64,000 nt of DNA from NCBI GenBank assembly GCA_027484965.1, contig JAIXRY010000008.1, forward strand, positions 1,069 to 65,068, given 5' to 3'. The DNA is from a bacterium. GTDB taxonomy: Bacteria > Patescibacteriota > Minisyncoccia > Phycocordibacterales > UBA9973. The translations under genes and the position numbers were made by a program. Of this stretch, positions 48,928 to 58,583 are shown piece after piece. The notes under the pieces are model-generated. The model was not told the origin of the DNA, made no database searches, and was given only the letters and a program-made list of their open reading frames with translations. The number at the start of each line of letters is the position of its first letter. Within the stretch, counting starts at the first letter, position 1.

Positions 48928-49110
48928 ATAATATAGTATATAGCGAATAACCGACAGTGGAAAGGGAATATTATATTTAGTCGCACTTGCTCACATTTTA
49001 AAAGACACAATACAATATAATTCTGATAAATTAAACATTAAGGCGCGACAAGATTTCGAAAAACCGTATATTCACTAGTTAGTAACAACTAGTTGCTATA
49101 TAATGTATTT

Positions 49111-49740
49111 ATGGCACCAAGTGCAAAACCTACACAATCGTTTGTTCCTGTCGAAGAAGTTCGTGATGGAATCATGATACTTCGCTCTGGAGAAATAAGA
49201 GCGATTGTTATGGCTTCTTCAATAAACCTTTCTCTAAAATCAGCAGATGAGCAACAGGCAACAATAATGGAATTCCAATCATTCTTAAACTCTCTCGATT
49301 TTACAACTCAAATCGTAGTTCAGTCACGCAGGCTTGATATTAGGCCTTATCTTTTACAATTAGAAAAAAGATACGAAGCACAGACAGAGCAACTCTTAAA
49401 AATTCAAACGAAAGAATACATAGAATTTATAAGAAAATTTACAGAAGATAGATCTATAATGACAAAGACATTCTTCGTTGTTGTTCCTTATAGTCCAGCA
49501 CCAATAGATGGTGTTTCTGGTGGAATGTTTTCTTTTTTTGGAGGAAGCAAAAAAACAAAAGAAAGCGATCTTCTAGCTTTTGAAGAAAAGAGAACGCAAC
49601 TTGAGCAAAGAATTTCTACAATTACTCAAGGGCTTTCTCGTTTTGGTGTACGTACAGTTGTTCTTGGAACAGAAGAGGTGATCGAGGTTCTTTATAAAGT
49701 CTTTAATCCTGGTGAAACACACCAATCAATAGAAGTATAA
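49111..49740 (+). CDS. T4SS protein resembling the VirB4/TraC N-terminal region
   Basis: SSINLSLKSADEQ...FQSFLNSLDF..QI; immediately upstream of the VirB4 gene. Confidence 0.75.
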   Translation: MAPSAKPTQSFVPVEEVRDGIMILRSGEIRAIVMASSINLSLKSADEQQATIMEFQSFLNSLDFTTQIVVQSRRLDIRPYLLQLEKRYEAQTEQLLKIQTKEYIEFIRKFTEDRSIMTKTFFVVVPYSPAPIDGVSGGMFSFFGGSKKTKESDLLAFEEKRTQLEQRISTITQGLSRFGVRTVVLGTEEVIEVLYKVFNPGETHQSIEV

Positions 49741-49741
49741 T

Positions 49742-51751
49742 ATGGGATTATTCGATTTTTTAACAAAAAGCAATAATGGAAACCAAAAAGCAACAGTATT
49801 GCCTGTTTTACCTACGGACATATACGAGCAAGCTTCTCTTGAATTCCAAGATATAGTTGCACCTTCAGCTCTTGAAGTTACACCAAAATCAATCCACTTA
49901 GGTGATAAGATAGCGCGAACATTCTTTGTTATTTCATATCCAAGATATTTAAACGATAATTGGTTTTCTCCAATCATAAACTTGGACAAAATTTTTGATA
50001 TTTCAATTTTTATACACCCAATTGATACTTCAGAAATATTAAAAAAATTCCAAAAGAAAGTAGCTGAGGTTCAAAGTCAGATATCTACACGCGAAGAAAA
50101 AGGACTTGTTCGTGATCCGATGCTCGATACTGCATATAGAGACCTAGAAGGACTTCGTGACGACCTAATGCAAGCACAGCAAAAGATGTTTGAAGTTGGT
50201 ATTTATATCACAATCTACGCAGACAACGAAAACGAGCTCTTCAAAGTAGAGAATGAAATAAAATCAATATTGGAAGCAAGAATGGTATACATGAAACCAG
50301 CTTTGTTCCAACAAGAAGATGCTTTCAAAAGTGTTTCTCCAATAGGGACAGATATCATAGAAGTTCACCAAAAACTAAATTCAGAACCACTGTCTTCAAT
50401 TTTTCCTTTCGTTTCTTTTGACCTAACGTCAGAAAAGGGGATACTGTACGGAGTAAATCGCCACAACGCATCACTTGTTATCTTTGACCGCTTCTCTCTA
50501 GAAAACTACAATTCAGTAACAATTGCTACATCTGGAGCAGGTAAGTCATTCACCACAAAACTTGAAATTCTTCGAACATTAATGTTCGACACAGAAGTGA
50601 TTGTTATTGACCCTGAGCGTGAGTATGAATACCTTGCAGAAGCTGTAGGTGGAAGATATTTCAATATTTCACTATCATCTGATCACCACATCAATCCATT
50701 TGATTTGCCTATACCAAGAGAAGATGAAACAACAGCAGATGTGCTTCGTTCAAATGTTATCTCACTTGTTGGTCTATTTCGTCTAATGCTTGGGGGACTT
50801 ACCCCAGAAGAAGATTCTATTGTTGACCGTGCAATCACTGAAACGTATGCATTGAAAGATATTACAATTGATAGTGATCTTTCGAAAGTAGAACCACCAC
50901 TATTGTCTGACTTTGAAATGGTTCTATCGGGAATGGAAGGTTCAGAATCAGTGCTTCAAAGAATTAAAAAATATACTCGTGGATCATGGAGCACCTTTAT
51001 CAATCAGCCATCAAACGTTGATATTAACAAGAAGCTGGTTGTGTTCTCTATTCGCGACATGGAAGATGAGCTCAAGCCTGTAGCAATGTATATTGTTACT
51101 CACTTTATATGGAATGCTATTCGTCGTGAACTTAGAAAAAGACTGCTCGTAGTAGATGAGGCGTGGATTATGATGAAATCAGAAGACACAGCTTCGTTCT
51201 TATACAGTATTGCAAAACGCGGAAGAAAATATTATCTAGGACTATCTACTATTACACAAAACGTTGATGACTTTATGAAGAGTCAATATGGAGTCGCTAT
51301 TATTACCAATGCATCAATCCAACTTCTTCTAAAACAATCTTCAAGTTCTATAGAACTTGTTCAAAAAACTTTTCACCTCACAGAAGAAGAGAAGTACCTA
51401 CTTCTAGAATCTGGAGTAGGGGAAGGAATATTCTTCGCAGGTCTAAAGCATGTAGCAATTAAAGTTCTTGCGTCATATACAGAAGAACAGATTATTACTT
51501 CAGACCCTTCTCAATTACTTAGAATTGCTCAATCAAAAAGAGAATTGCTTGCAGAAAAACAAGAAGATACAGAAAAAAAACAAAAAGAGATTGAACAAGC
51601 TATTATAGAAGAAAAAGTATCAGTCCCTGAAATAAAAGAAGAAATTATTATAGAGGAAACACATGAACCAATAAGTGTTATAGAATCAGAAAAATCTGTA
51701 ACAGACGAAGTAAGCGCTCTTGAAAAAGAGTTTGAAGACCTTATAAAATAA
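49742..51751 (+). CDS. virB4: VirB4-family T4SS ATPase
   Basis: Walker A ATSGAGKS, VIDPEREY, INPFD, Walker B VVDEAW, KRGRKY, ITQ. Confidence 0.9.
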   Translation: MGLFDFLTKSNNGNQKATVLPVLPTDIYEQASLEFQDIVAPSALEVTPKSIHLGDKIARTFFVISYPRYLNDNWFSPIINLDKIFDISIFIHPIDTSEILKKFQKKVAEVQSQISTREEKGLVRDPMLDTAYRDLEGLRDDLMQAQQKMFEVGIYITIYADNENELFKVENEIKSILEARMVYMKPALFQQEDAFKSVSPIGTDIIEVHQKLNSEPLSSIFPFVSFDLTSEKGILYGVNRHNASLVIFDRFSLENYNSVTIATSGAGKSFTTKLEILRTLMFDTEVIVIDPEREYEYLAEAVGGRYFNISLSSDHHINPFDLPIPREDETTADVLRSNVISLVGLFRLMLGGLTPEEDSIVDRAITETYALKDITIDSDLSKVEPPLLSDFEMVLSGMEGSESVLQRIKKYTRGSWSTFINQPSNVDINKKLVVFSIRDMEDELKPVAMYIVTHFIWNAIRRELRKRLLVVDEAWIMMKSEDTASFLYSIAKRGRKYYLGLSTITQNVDDFMKSQYGVAIITNASIQLLLKQSSSSIELVQKTFHLTEEEKYLLLESGVGEGIFFAGLKHVAIKVLASYTEEQIITSDPSQLLRIAQSKRELLAEKQEDTEKKQKEIEQAIIEEKVSVPEIKEEIIIEETHEPISVIESEKSVTDEVSALEKEFEDLIK

Positions 51752-51766
51752 GATATACTAAAAAAT

Positions 51767-52174
51767 ATGGCAGACACACCAACACCTCAAAATGACAGCG
51801 ATGTTAATGTATCAGCTCTAGAAGAAGAACTCAATAAAACAATTAGTTCAGATTCTGAAGCTTTTTCAACACCTCAAAAATCTCAAGAAGAACCTAAAAC
51901 CTTAAAAGATAAGGTTGTAAAACTTCAAAATATGGAGAATGTTATAGAAACAAGATCTCACCAACTTGAATCTGAAATAAAAACAAAACTAACAACTTTA
52001 AAAAGTTTAAAACAATCAATAGAACTTGGACTTCAAAAGATTAAAAATTTCGGAAGTGAAAAAACAAAAATACAACAAGAAATACAAAAAATACAAAAAT
52101 TAGAAAGCGATCAACTCGAAATAGAAACAGAAATAAAGAGTATTGAGGATCACACAAAAGAAATGGGAATATAA
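51767..52174 (+). CDS. Hypothetical coiled-coil protein
   Basis: Heptad-rich 135-aa ORF. Confidence 0.7.
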   Translation: MADTPTPQNDSDVNVSALEEELNKTISSDSEAFSTPQKSQEEPKTLKDKVVKLQNMENVIETRSHQLESEIKTKLTTLKSLKQSIELGLQKIKNFGSEKTKIQQEIQKIQKLESDQLEIETEIKSIEDHTKEMGI

Positions 52175-52231
52175 ATAAAGCACAGATTAAAAGCAGAACT
52201 CTTCGGGTTCTGCTTTTAATCTGTGCTTTAT
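52175..52231. terminator. 27-bp palindrome (TTC triloop)
   Basis: ataaagcacagattaaaagcagaactc-ttc-gggttctgcttttaatctgtgctttat (one G-T pair). Confidence 0.8.
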
Positions 52232-52275
52232 GCTTTTTACTTGTTGCTTAATGTTATTCACTATATAATATATAT

Positions 52276-53265
52276 ATGAAACATATTTCTCAATGTTTTT
52301 TCTCTATTTGTTGCTTATTTTTTATAATCGCTTTTTCATTTTTAATCCCAACAAAAACTTTTGCACAATCAGAAGAAGCTATTAGTGTCAAAGTAAGTCC
52401 AGAGAATCCGAGAGAAAATCAAACAGTTACAATATCAACATCAAGCGTTAGTGCCGATCTTGATAGTTCTGATTTTGTATGGAAAATAAATAACGTAACT
52501 CAAAAAAGTGGTAAAGGAATAAAAAGTTTTTCTTTTAAGACTGGAAACATAGGAAGTACAACAGTTATTGGTCTAAGCATAACGTCTTTAGGGTCTCAGA
52601 ATACATTTCAAAGATACATTACCATCAAAGTAAGTAGTGTTGATTTATTGTTTGAGGCAGTAGACAATTACGTGCCTCCTTTTTATAGAGGAAAGAAAAT
52701 GCCAGCACCAGAATCTCTTGTAAGAGTAACCGCAATTCCAAACGCTCAAGGTCTTGGAAAAACTATCAATGGAAAAGATTTTATATATACATGGAAAAGA
52801 AATGGTCAGGTAATACCAGCCGTCTCTGGTTTTGGAAAACAAACATATTCTTTTAATATGGATTACTTGAATAATGAAGAGGTTATTGAAGTAAACGCAA
52901 GAAGTTCTAATGGAACATATAGTAGTACAGGATCCACAACAATAAAAAATGTAAAACCTGTATTGAATTTTTATCAAAAAATTCAAGGTCAAATTGATAT
53001 CAATAAGATTATAAAAAGCGGAGACACTATAAAAAACCCATCAACAATATCTGCTGTACCTTATTTCATTACAACAAAGACAAAAACAGACAAAAACTTA
53101 AGCTACACATGGAAAATAAACGGTGATGAAATTGCAAGTGATAACAACAAAAATGAAGTAACTATCGGAGCAAAAAAAGGAGGTGGGTCTTCGATTGAAT
53201 TATCTATTGAACACGCAACAAAGTTTTTTCAAGACATTACTAAGAGTTTAAAAATTACTATTTAG
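52276..53265 (+). CDS. Secreted protein with three Ig/PKD-like domains
   Basis: Signal peptide ending TFA; FVWKIN, YTWKRN, YTWKIN repeats; YVPPFYRGK. Confidence 0.75.
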   Translation: MKHISQCFFSICCLFFIIAFSFLIPTKTFAQSEEAISVKVSPENPRENQTVTISTSSVSADLDSSDFVWKINNVTQKSGKGIKSFSFKTGNIGSTTVIGLSITSLGSQNTFQRYITIKVSSVDLLFEAVDNYVPPFYRGKKMPAPESLVRVTAIPNAQGLGKTINGKDFIYTWKRNGQVIPAVSGFGKQTYSFNMDYLNNEEVIEVNARSSNGTYSSTGSTTIKNVKPVLNFYQKIQGQIDINKIIKSGDTIKNPSTISAVPYFITTKTKTDKNLSYTWKINGDEIASDNNKNEVTIGAKKGGGSSIELSIEHATKFFQDITKSLKITI

Positions 53266-53281
53266 TGATATACTATTAGTA

Positions 53282-55606
53282 ATGAAAAAATCATATATCT
53301 ATATTATTTTTTGTCTTATTCTTGTTTTTTTGCCTTTTTATAACCCACAAAAAGCATTCGCAAGAGAAGTACCTACAATAAGAATCTCGACAGACAAAAC
53401 ATACCCTGTGCGAGTTATGGACGGAACAAAGCCAACAAACGACTTTAGTGTGTATGGTTTTATAACAAAAACAGAACCAGCAGATCAAGTAGCTGTGTGG
53501 CTTACCCAAACAGGTAAAGGAACTGATTTTAAAATATGGCCACAAGTAGCAAAAATAAACAAAGACACTTCTGGTAAAGCATATTCTTTCAATGTAACAT
53601 TTAAAGATCTTGAGACTGGTAGGTATGCAGTGCACAGTACTATCGATTATGTAGAACCGGAATACAAAAACCAGAGCGGGGCAACTGTGGCAGCAAAAAA
53701 TAAAAAAACTCTTGAAGTTCTTAATACTAAAAATCCTACAAATTACACGACAAAAGTTTTTGACGTTACCGCTGTTCCAATAATTAGAGGCGGGGAAATA
53801 AAAGTAAAACACCTAGGCAATGACAATTTTAGAGTTACTACAACCATAGACACTTATGATTCAACTAAAAACTATAGTATTTATCTAAAAGAAAAAGAAA
53901 AGGGTACTGAAATAAAAAATACTTCTATTGCACGTGAAAACAGCGATAAAACTACAAGTCAAAATTTATTTGCTGAATTTTATAATATTTCAGGGAGTTT
54001 TACTGCTCATGTTGTTTACAAAGAAGGTTTAGAAACTATTGGTATGGCTCAATTCAGCTTCTCAACAGGGGAGGTGATAGACAAAGGAGAGATTGTGGGG
54101 AATAAAAAAACAATAGACAATGGAAACGTTATAGACCCAAAAATAAATGATGTTACCGTTGATGTTTCAGAAAATGGTAATACTTTTGTATTAGGTATAA
54201 CAGGTGCTGATATTCCAGAAAATTCACTGTATGAAGTAGTTATTCTTGATAAGTCAGCAAAAAATACAAGCAATCCTACATACATCGCTCCAAGTACTGG
54301 AGGTATAAAAGCAACAAACGTCGGAGGTTTTTTGGATATGAAAGTTACTTATACTTTTAATCAAATACCAAAATCTGGCTCTTACTATGTTATTACAAAG
54401 ATAAAGAAACCGGACACAGCAAAAACAGAACTAGCCAGAAGAGATTCAGAGATTATTTTAAATAAAGAAGATAAAACAGCCAATGTTCAAAGCGCTAATA
54501 TATATGAAGTACCAAACACAACCATCCCAAGTACAGGAGAATACAAACTTCTAGTCCCTCTTCCTGGAATAGGAGATACATTCGATTATTCAGCCCCAGG
54601 AGCATTCCAAAACTTAATAAACACTATAATTAAACTAATTTTTGGAGCTATTACTGTATGGGCTGTTCTCACCACCATTCGCTGGGGTATCGTATATATG
54701 GTATCGGACAAAGAATTTACAAAAAGTGAATCTAAAACAAAAATACTCAACGCTATTATTGCTATAGTATTAGCACTTTCTTCTTATTTAATTTTAAATA
54801 CCGTTAATCCAGATTTGGTTAATATATCTATAAATGGACAACAAGCAAATATAAGCGTAAGAGAAATAGAATTTATTAGTCAAAAAAAATTTGAAGAGAG
54901 TACCGGTGAAAAACGATTATCAAAAGAACGATATCAAGCTGAAGCTAAAAAAGTTACGGCTCAGATGGGTATACCTTATTGTGCTCTTCAAGTAATATTA
55001 GAGAGAGAATCTAAAGGTGATCCAGGAGCTATAGGGTTTGACGAAAACACAACCAGAAATGGTTCGAGTATTCCTTCACGTGTGTCTTTTATTAATTCTG
55101 GTAAAAGATACAATGGGTCGTCATTTACACCAAGTAACACTCTAATAACAGATAAAAGTATAACAAATCAAAAAATTAGTGAAGTAAAAACCAATGTTCC
55201 AGGACTTGGTCTTGATTGGAGATTCAGTAAAGGTATAGGTCTTACTCAAATAACACTTTTTCCTGAAGGTTACTTTAGTGGGACAGTTAGTTTTAGTAAA
55301 AACCCATTAAGTTTTGACAAAAGAGATACATATCCTACAAGAACTATTCAGTACACAAAAGACGGCAAAACCATAAAAGAAACACTTACCCCTAAAGACT
55401 TATTAAAAACAGAGAAAAATCTTCTTGCAGGAGCAAGTGTCTGGAAAGATTCTTGGCTTAAATGTAACAAAGATCCTTATGGTGCATGGGTTGGGTATGG
55501 ATCCGGACCTGGAAACTGTATCCCAAAAAATAATTTTATAAGAGAAGAAGCAAAGATAAGAATGGAGTACTATAACGGCTGTATAAAACAATTTGGCTCA
55601 CAATAA
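53282..55606 (+). CDS. Multidomain protein: beta-rich N-terminus, VirB2/TrbC-like pilin segment, SLT lytic transglycosylase
   Basis: Two TMs with GIVYMVS...KTKILNAIIAIVLALSSYLILNTVNPDL; SLT motifs ERES, GLTQI, NLLAG, GYGSG. Confidence 0.7.
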   Translation: MKKSYIYIIFCLILVFLPFYNPQKAFAREVPTIRISTDKTYPVRVMDGTKPTNDFSVYGFITKTEPADQVAVWLTQTGKGTDFKIWPQVAKINKDTSGKAYSFNVTFKDLETGRYAVHSTIDYVEPEYKNQSGATVAAKNKKTLEVLNTKNPTNYTTKVFDVTAVPIIRGGEIKVKHLGNDNFRVTTTIDTYDSTKNYSIYLKEKEKGTEIKNTSIARENSDKTTSQNLFAEFYNISGSFTAHVVYKEGLETIGMAQFSFSTGEVIDKGEIVGNKKTIDNGNVIDPKINDVTVDVSENGNTFVLGITGADIPENSLYEVVILDKSAKNTSNPTYIAPSTGGIKATNVGGFLDMKVTYTFNQIPKSGSYYVITKIKKPDTAKTELARRDSEIILNKEDKTANVQSANIYEVPNTTIPSTGEYKLLVPLPGIGDTFDYSAPGAFQNLINTIIKLIFGAITVWAVLTTIRWGIVYMVSDKEFTKSESKTKILNAIIAIVLALSSYLILNTVNPDLVNISINGQQANISVREIEFISQKKFEESTGEKRLSKERYQAEAKKVTAQMGIPYCALQVILERESKGDPGAIGFDENTTRNGSSIPSRVSFINSGKRYNGSSFTPSNTLITDKSITNQKISEVKTNVPGLGLDWRFSKGIGLTQITLFPEGYFSGTVSFSKNPLSFDKRDTYPTRTIQYTKDGKTIKETLTPKDLLKTEKNLLAGASVWKDSWLKCNKDPYGAWVGYGSGPGNCIPKNNFIREEAKIRMEYYNGCIKQFGSQ

Positions 55607-55630
55607 TATAAACATGTTATAATTTATACA

Positions 55631-56902
55631 ATGTCTAACAGAAAATTCATTATTATTTTTTCTCTTGTTGGTATATTCCTTATTGGAAGTCTTGTGTATG
55701 TTGGAATAGATCTTTTTGGCAACAAAACACAAAAAACAACAAAACAAACAACAACAGCAAAGAAAAACACTTTTAGCTTTCTTGATTTCGGCAAAAAAAC
55801 AAACACAACAGTGATTGAACAGCCAGAAGCAACTGACACCATAGAAGTAACTCAACCAGAAACAACAACAAAAAAGCTTATTCGCTTAAGTTCAAGAAGA
55901 GTTTCTTCTTACGGTTTTTTTGAAAAAGAAAGTGGTGTACCTGGAACACAGACAACAATAAGTGGTCAAAATAGTATTTTTATAAAATCAACAGGTGTAA
56001 ACTTTACAGACAAAGAAACAGGACTGATATATCAACTTATAGATGAAGCCACGGAAAATTCAAGACTATCAAACAATACAACACCGCTTTTGGGTAAGTC
56101 ATTGATAGGAAACAATGGTGATAGTGTTGTTTATCAATACACAGAAAAAGATAGTGAGACTATAGATACATATGTAGGCAAACTCGACGGAGGGATAGCG
56201 CCTTTTAATGTTAGAGGATTTTTCCTTCCTAAAAATATTATAGATGTAACCCTATCACCAAAGAAAGACCAGTTTTTCTCAATTATTCCGACACCAAATG
56301 GTGTTATAGGACTAACTCAAAACTTTGTAACAAACAGAAAGACTCAACCTTGGAGTAGTGTTTTCTCTGAGTGGGTCGCAGATTGGTCAAACGACAGAGT
56401 AATAACAATAACCACAAAAGCTTCAGGTGATAGTGATGGATATAGTTATTTTCTAAATCTTAGCGATAGTAGATTTACAAAAGTAATAGGACCAGAAAAA
56501 GGCCTCATTACAAAAACATCTCCTGATACAAAAAATATTCTTTATTCGAAAACAGAAAACGGTCAACCTAAACTATATTTATTCAACACTAGTTCAAAAA
56601 CATCAAAGTCTTTAGATTTCTCAACTCTTGCTGATAAATGTACATGGGCCGATAATTCAATAATATACTGTGCTGTACCAAATATTATAGAGAGTGGTGT
56701 ATATCCTGACACATGGTACAGAGGGGAAGTATCATTTCAAGACTCTTTCTGGAAGATAGATATAAATCAAGACTCTATCTCAAACGTGGCTACATTATCA
56801 GACATAGACAACATAGACGCTGAACAGTTATCTTACAATAATGGAGAGTTATACTTCATAAATAAAAACACAGAAAATCTTTGGAAATATATATTACAGT
56901 AA
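55631..56902 (+). CDS. Membrane-anchored beta-propeller-like protein
   Basis: N-terminal TM; LSPKKD and TSPDTKNILY TolB-like blades; ADKCTW...YCAVP. Confidence 0.7.
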   Translation: MSNRKFIIIFSLVGIFLIGSLVYVGIDLFGNKTQKTTKQTTTAKKNTFSFLDFGKKTNTTVIEQPEATDTIEVTQPETTTKKLIRLSSRRVSSYGFFEKESGVPGTQTTISGQNSIFIKSTGVNFTDKETGLIYQLIDEATENSRLSNNTTPLLGKSLIGNNGDSVVYQYTEKDSETIDTYVGKLDGGIAPFNVRGFFLPKNIIDVTLSPKKDQFFSIIPTPNGVIGLTQNFVTNRKTQPWSSVFSEWVADWSNDRVITITTKASGDSDGYSYFLNLSDSRFTKVIGPEKGLITKTSPDTKNILYSKTENGQPKLYLFNTSSKTSKSLDFSTLADKCTWADNSIIYCAVPNIIESGVYPDTWYRGEVSFQDSFWKIDINQDSISNVATLSDIDNIDAEQLSYNNGELYFINKNTENLWKYILQ

Positions 56903-56908
56903 CAACAA

Positions 56909-56948
56909 AGTAAAAGAGCGAACACTTGAAAGTGTTCGCTCTTTTACT
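56909..56948. terminator. Bidirectional terminator
   Basis: agtaaaagagcgaacact-tgaa-agtgttcgctcttttact. Confidence 0.85.
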
Positions 56949-56950
56949 AC

Positions 56951-57679
56951 TTAAATCTTTAAATTCTTTCTAATAACCCATTCTTGAAGCAGTGTAAGGA
57001 GGTTTGTAGTTATAAAATAAAGTCCTACAATAGATGTTCCAATGTAAGAGAAAAACATCATCATTACAGGGAGAACATACTTCATTTGTGTTTGCATTGC
57101 TTGATTTAAATCACTTTGAAAATCTCCCTTTTTAACAACAGTGCTTTGTGTAGCAGTATTAGACATAGTAAAAGATACTTGAATGTACTGAGTAATACCG
57201 ACAAGAATAGCCAAAATAATACTATTACTATTAATATCCAGTATTCCCAAAAAAATAGGATTTATTTTCTCTGGTAAACTAACGAATGAATAAAGTGTAT
57301 CTGGATTAAAACTAACACCGTCACGGAAAAGAGAGAAGAGCGCAAGAATAAGAGGTAATTGAATAAGAGCTAACAAACAACCAGAAAATGGATTAACTCC
57401 TTCTTTTTTATATAATTCAAATGTTTTTTGTGATTGAATTGTTTTATCAGAAGTACTGTCTTTTATTTCTTGTATTTTTGGTTCTAATTGTTTAAGTCTT
57501 ATTTGACTTATAATAGATTTTTTTGAAAGAGGAAGAAGAATTATCTTTACTAGGATGGTTAAAGCAATGACAGCTAATCCAAGATCTCCTCCTGGAATAA
57601 TATTAATAATAAAAGCTAAAAGATTGTGAAGTGGTGTTACAAGGGTTGTTGTCCAAATAGTATTTAACATAGAGTTCAT
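56951..57679 (-). CDS. yidC: Membrane protein insertase YidC
   Basis: GLAVIALTILVKIILLPL, LYKKEGVNPFSGCL..LIQLP. Confidence 0.93.
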   Translation of the reverse strand: MNSMLNTIWTTTLVTPLHNLLAFIINIIPGGDLGLAVIALTILVKIILLPLSKKSIISQIRLKQLEPKIQEIKDSTSDKTIQSQKTFELYKKEGVNPFSGCLLALIQLPLILALFSLFRDGVSFNPDTLYSFVSLPEKINPIFLGILDINSNSIILAILVGITQYIQVSFTMSNTATQSTVVKKGDFQSDLNQAMQTQMKYVLPVMMMFFSYIGTSIVGLYFITTNLLTLLQEWVIRKNLKI

Positions 57680-57924
57680 TTTACCTTACAAAGACAAGGA
57701 CTACAACCTTTTTGGGGAGGTAAATCTACTTGGTGGTGTGTAAAAGGATTACATCTTATAATTCTTCTTGCTGTAAGTAAAAAAGCACAAAAAAAAGAAT
57801 GTTTTATAAATAAATCTTTTCCGTATTCTGAACAAGTAGGGTGGAAGCGGCAATTTGTACTTGATCTAAAAGGTAGTTTTTGATAAATATTTATTATAAA
57901 AATAAAAACTTTATTTAGGAGCAT
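57676..57924 (-). CDS. yidD: Membrane protein insertion efficiency factor YidD
   Basis: YQK, CRFHPTCSEY, RIIRCNPF. Confidence 0.9.
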   Translation of the reverse strand: MLLNKVFIFIINIYQKLPFRSSTNCRFHPTCSEYGKDLFIKHSFFCAFLLTARRIIRCNPFTHHQVDLPPQKGCSPCLCKVK

Positions 57925-58237
57925 ATTTTTGTAGTATTTCTTGTGTATCTTTAATTATATCTTCAAAAGAAACATTTTTAGCTTCTTTTTTAAGAGTTAT
58001 AATACCTATATAATTACTTACTGGATTTATTTTAATAGAACCATAAATACTTCTTTTTAAATAATTTCTATTTACAGCAAGAGGAATAACAGATTTTGGT
58101 ACAACAACAGAAAAACGGCTTATTTGATAATCGCCGTAATTAATTCTAAGACTTATATAAGTTCCATGAAATATCTTTGATTTTTTGAAGACTTCCAGGA
58201 AAAGCGCTTTATCTAAGCGATTTTTCTTTGGAATCAT
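57911..58237 (-). CDS. rnpA: RNase P protein component
   Basis: MIPKKNRL, RFSVVVPK, AVNRNYLKR; synteny with rpmH and yidD. Confidence 0.92.
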   Translation of the reverse strand: MIPKKNRLDKALFLEVFKKSKIFHGTYISLRINYGDYQISRFSVVVPKSVIPLAVNRNYLKRSIYGSIKINPVSNYIGIITLKKEAKNVSFEDIIKDTQEILQKYAPK

Positions 58238-58240
58238 AGA

Positions 58241-58375
58241 CTAAACAGTGAGCTTTGCACGTCCTTTTTGGCGACGACGTTTAAGAACATTTCTTCCATT
58301 TGGAGTTGCAGAACGCACCAAAAACCCATGAGTTACTGCGCGCTTTCGTTTTTTTGGTTGGTAGGTCTGTGACAT
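58241..58375 (-). CDS. rpmH: 50S ribosomal protein L34
   Basis: Manual translation [44 protein letters not shown] (below ORF-track cutoff). Confidence 0.95.
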   Translation of the reverse strand: MSQTYQPKKRKRAVTHGFLVRSATPNGRNVLKRRRQKGRAKLTV

Positions 58376-58495
58376 ATTTGCTATTTATACACCATTTAGC
58401 AAAAAAATTCAAGTGTTTTTTAATTTCACCAATAAAAAACAAAATAAGTGGTGGTCAAATTTTAAATACAACTTATATTATAAGGCTTTAATAAC

Positions 58496-58554
58496 TTATA
58501 CACATAATTCACAAGTTATTAACACATATTTTATAACTTTTGAAGTTTTACACA
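58496..58554 (+). promoter_or_regulatory. DnaA-box cluster upstream of dnaA
   Basis: TTATACACA 58496, TAATTCACA 58505, TTATTAACA 58516, TTTTACACA 58546. Confidence 0.75.
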
Positions 58555-58583
58555 TTCTCACAGGGAGTATAATAAGTAACATT

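Noticed and set aside
53927-53942. parS-like half-site TTGCACGTGAAAAC
   Set aside because: Isolated, poor palindrome inside a CDS; probably chance.
58413-58583. N-terminal extension of DnaA (likewise for clpP, comM, cca, kinase and 9621)
   Set aside because: The extensions cross DnaA boxes, promoters, terminators or tRNAs; downstream ATGs match family starts.
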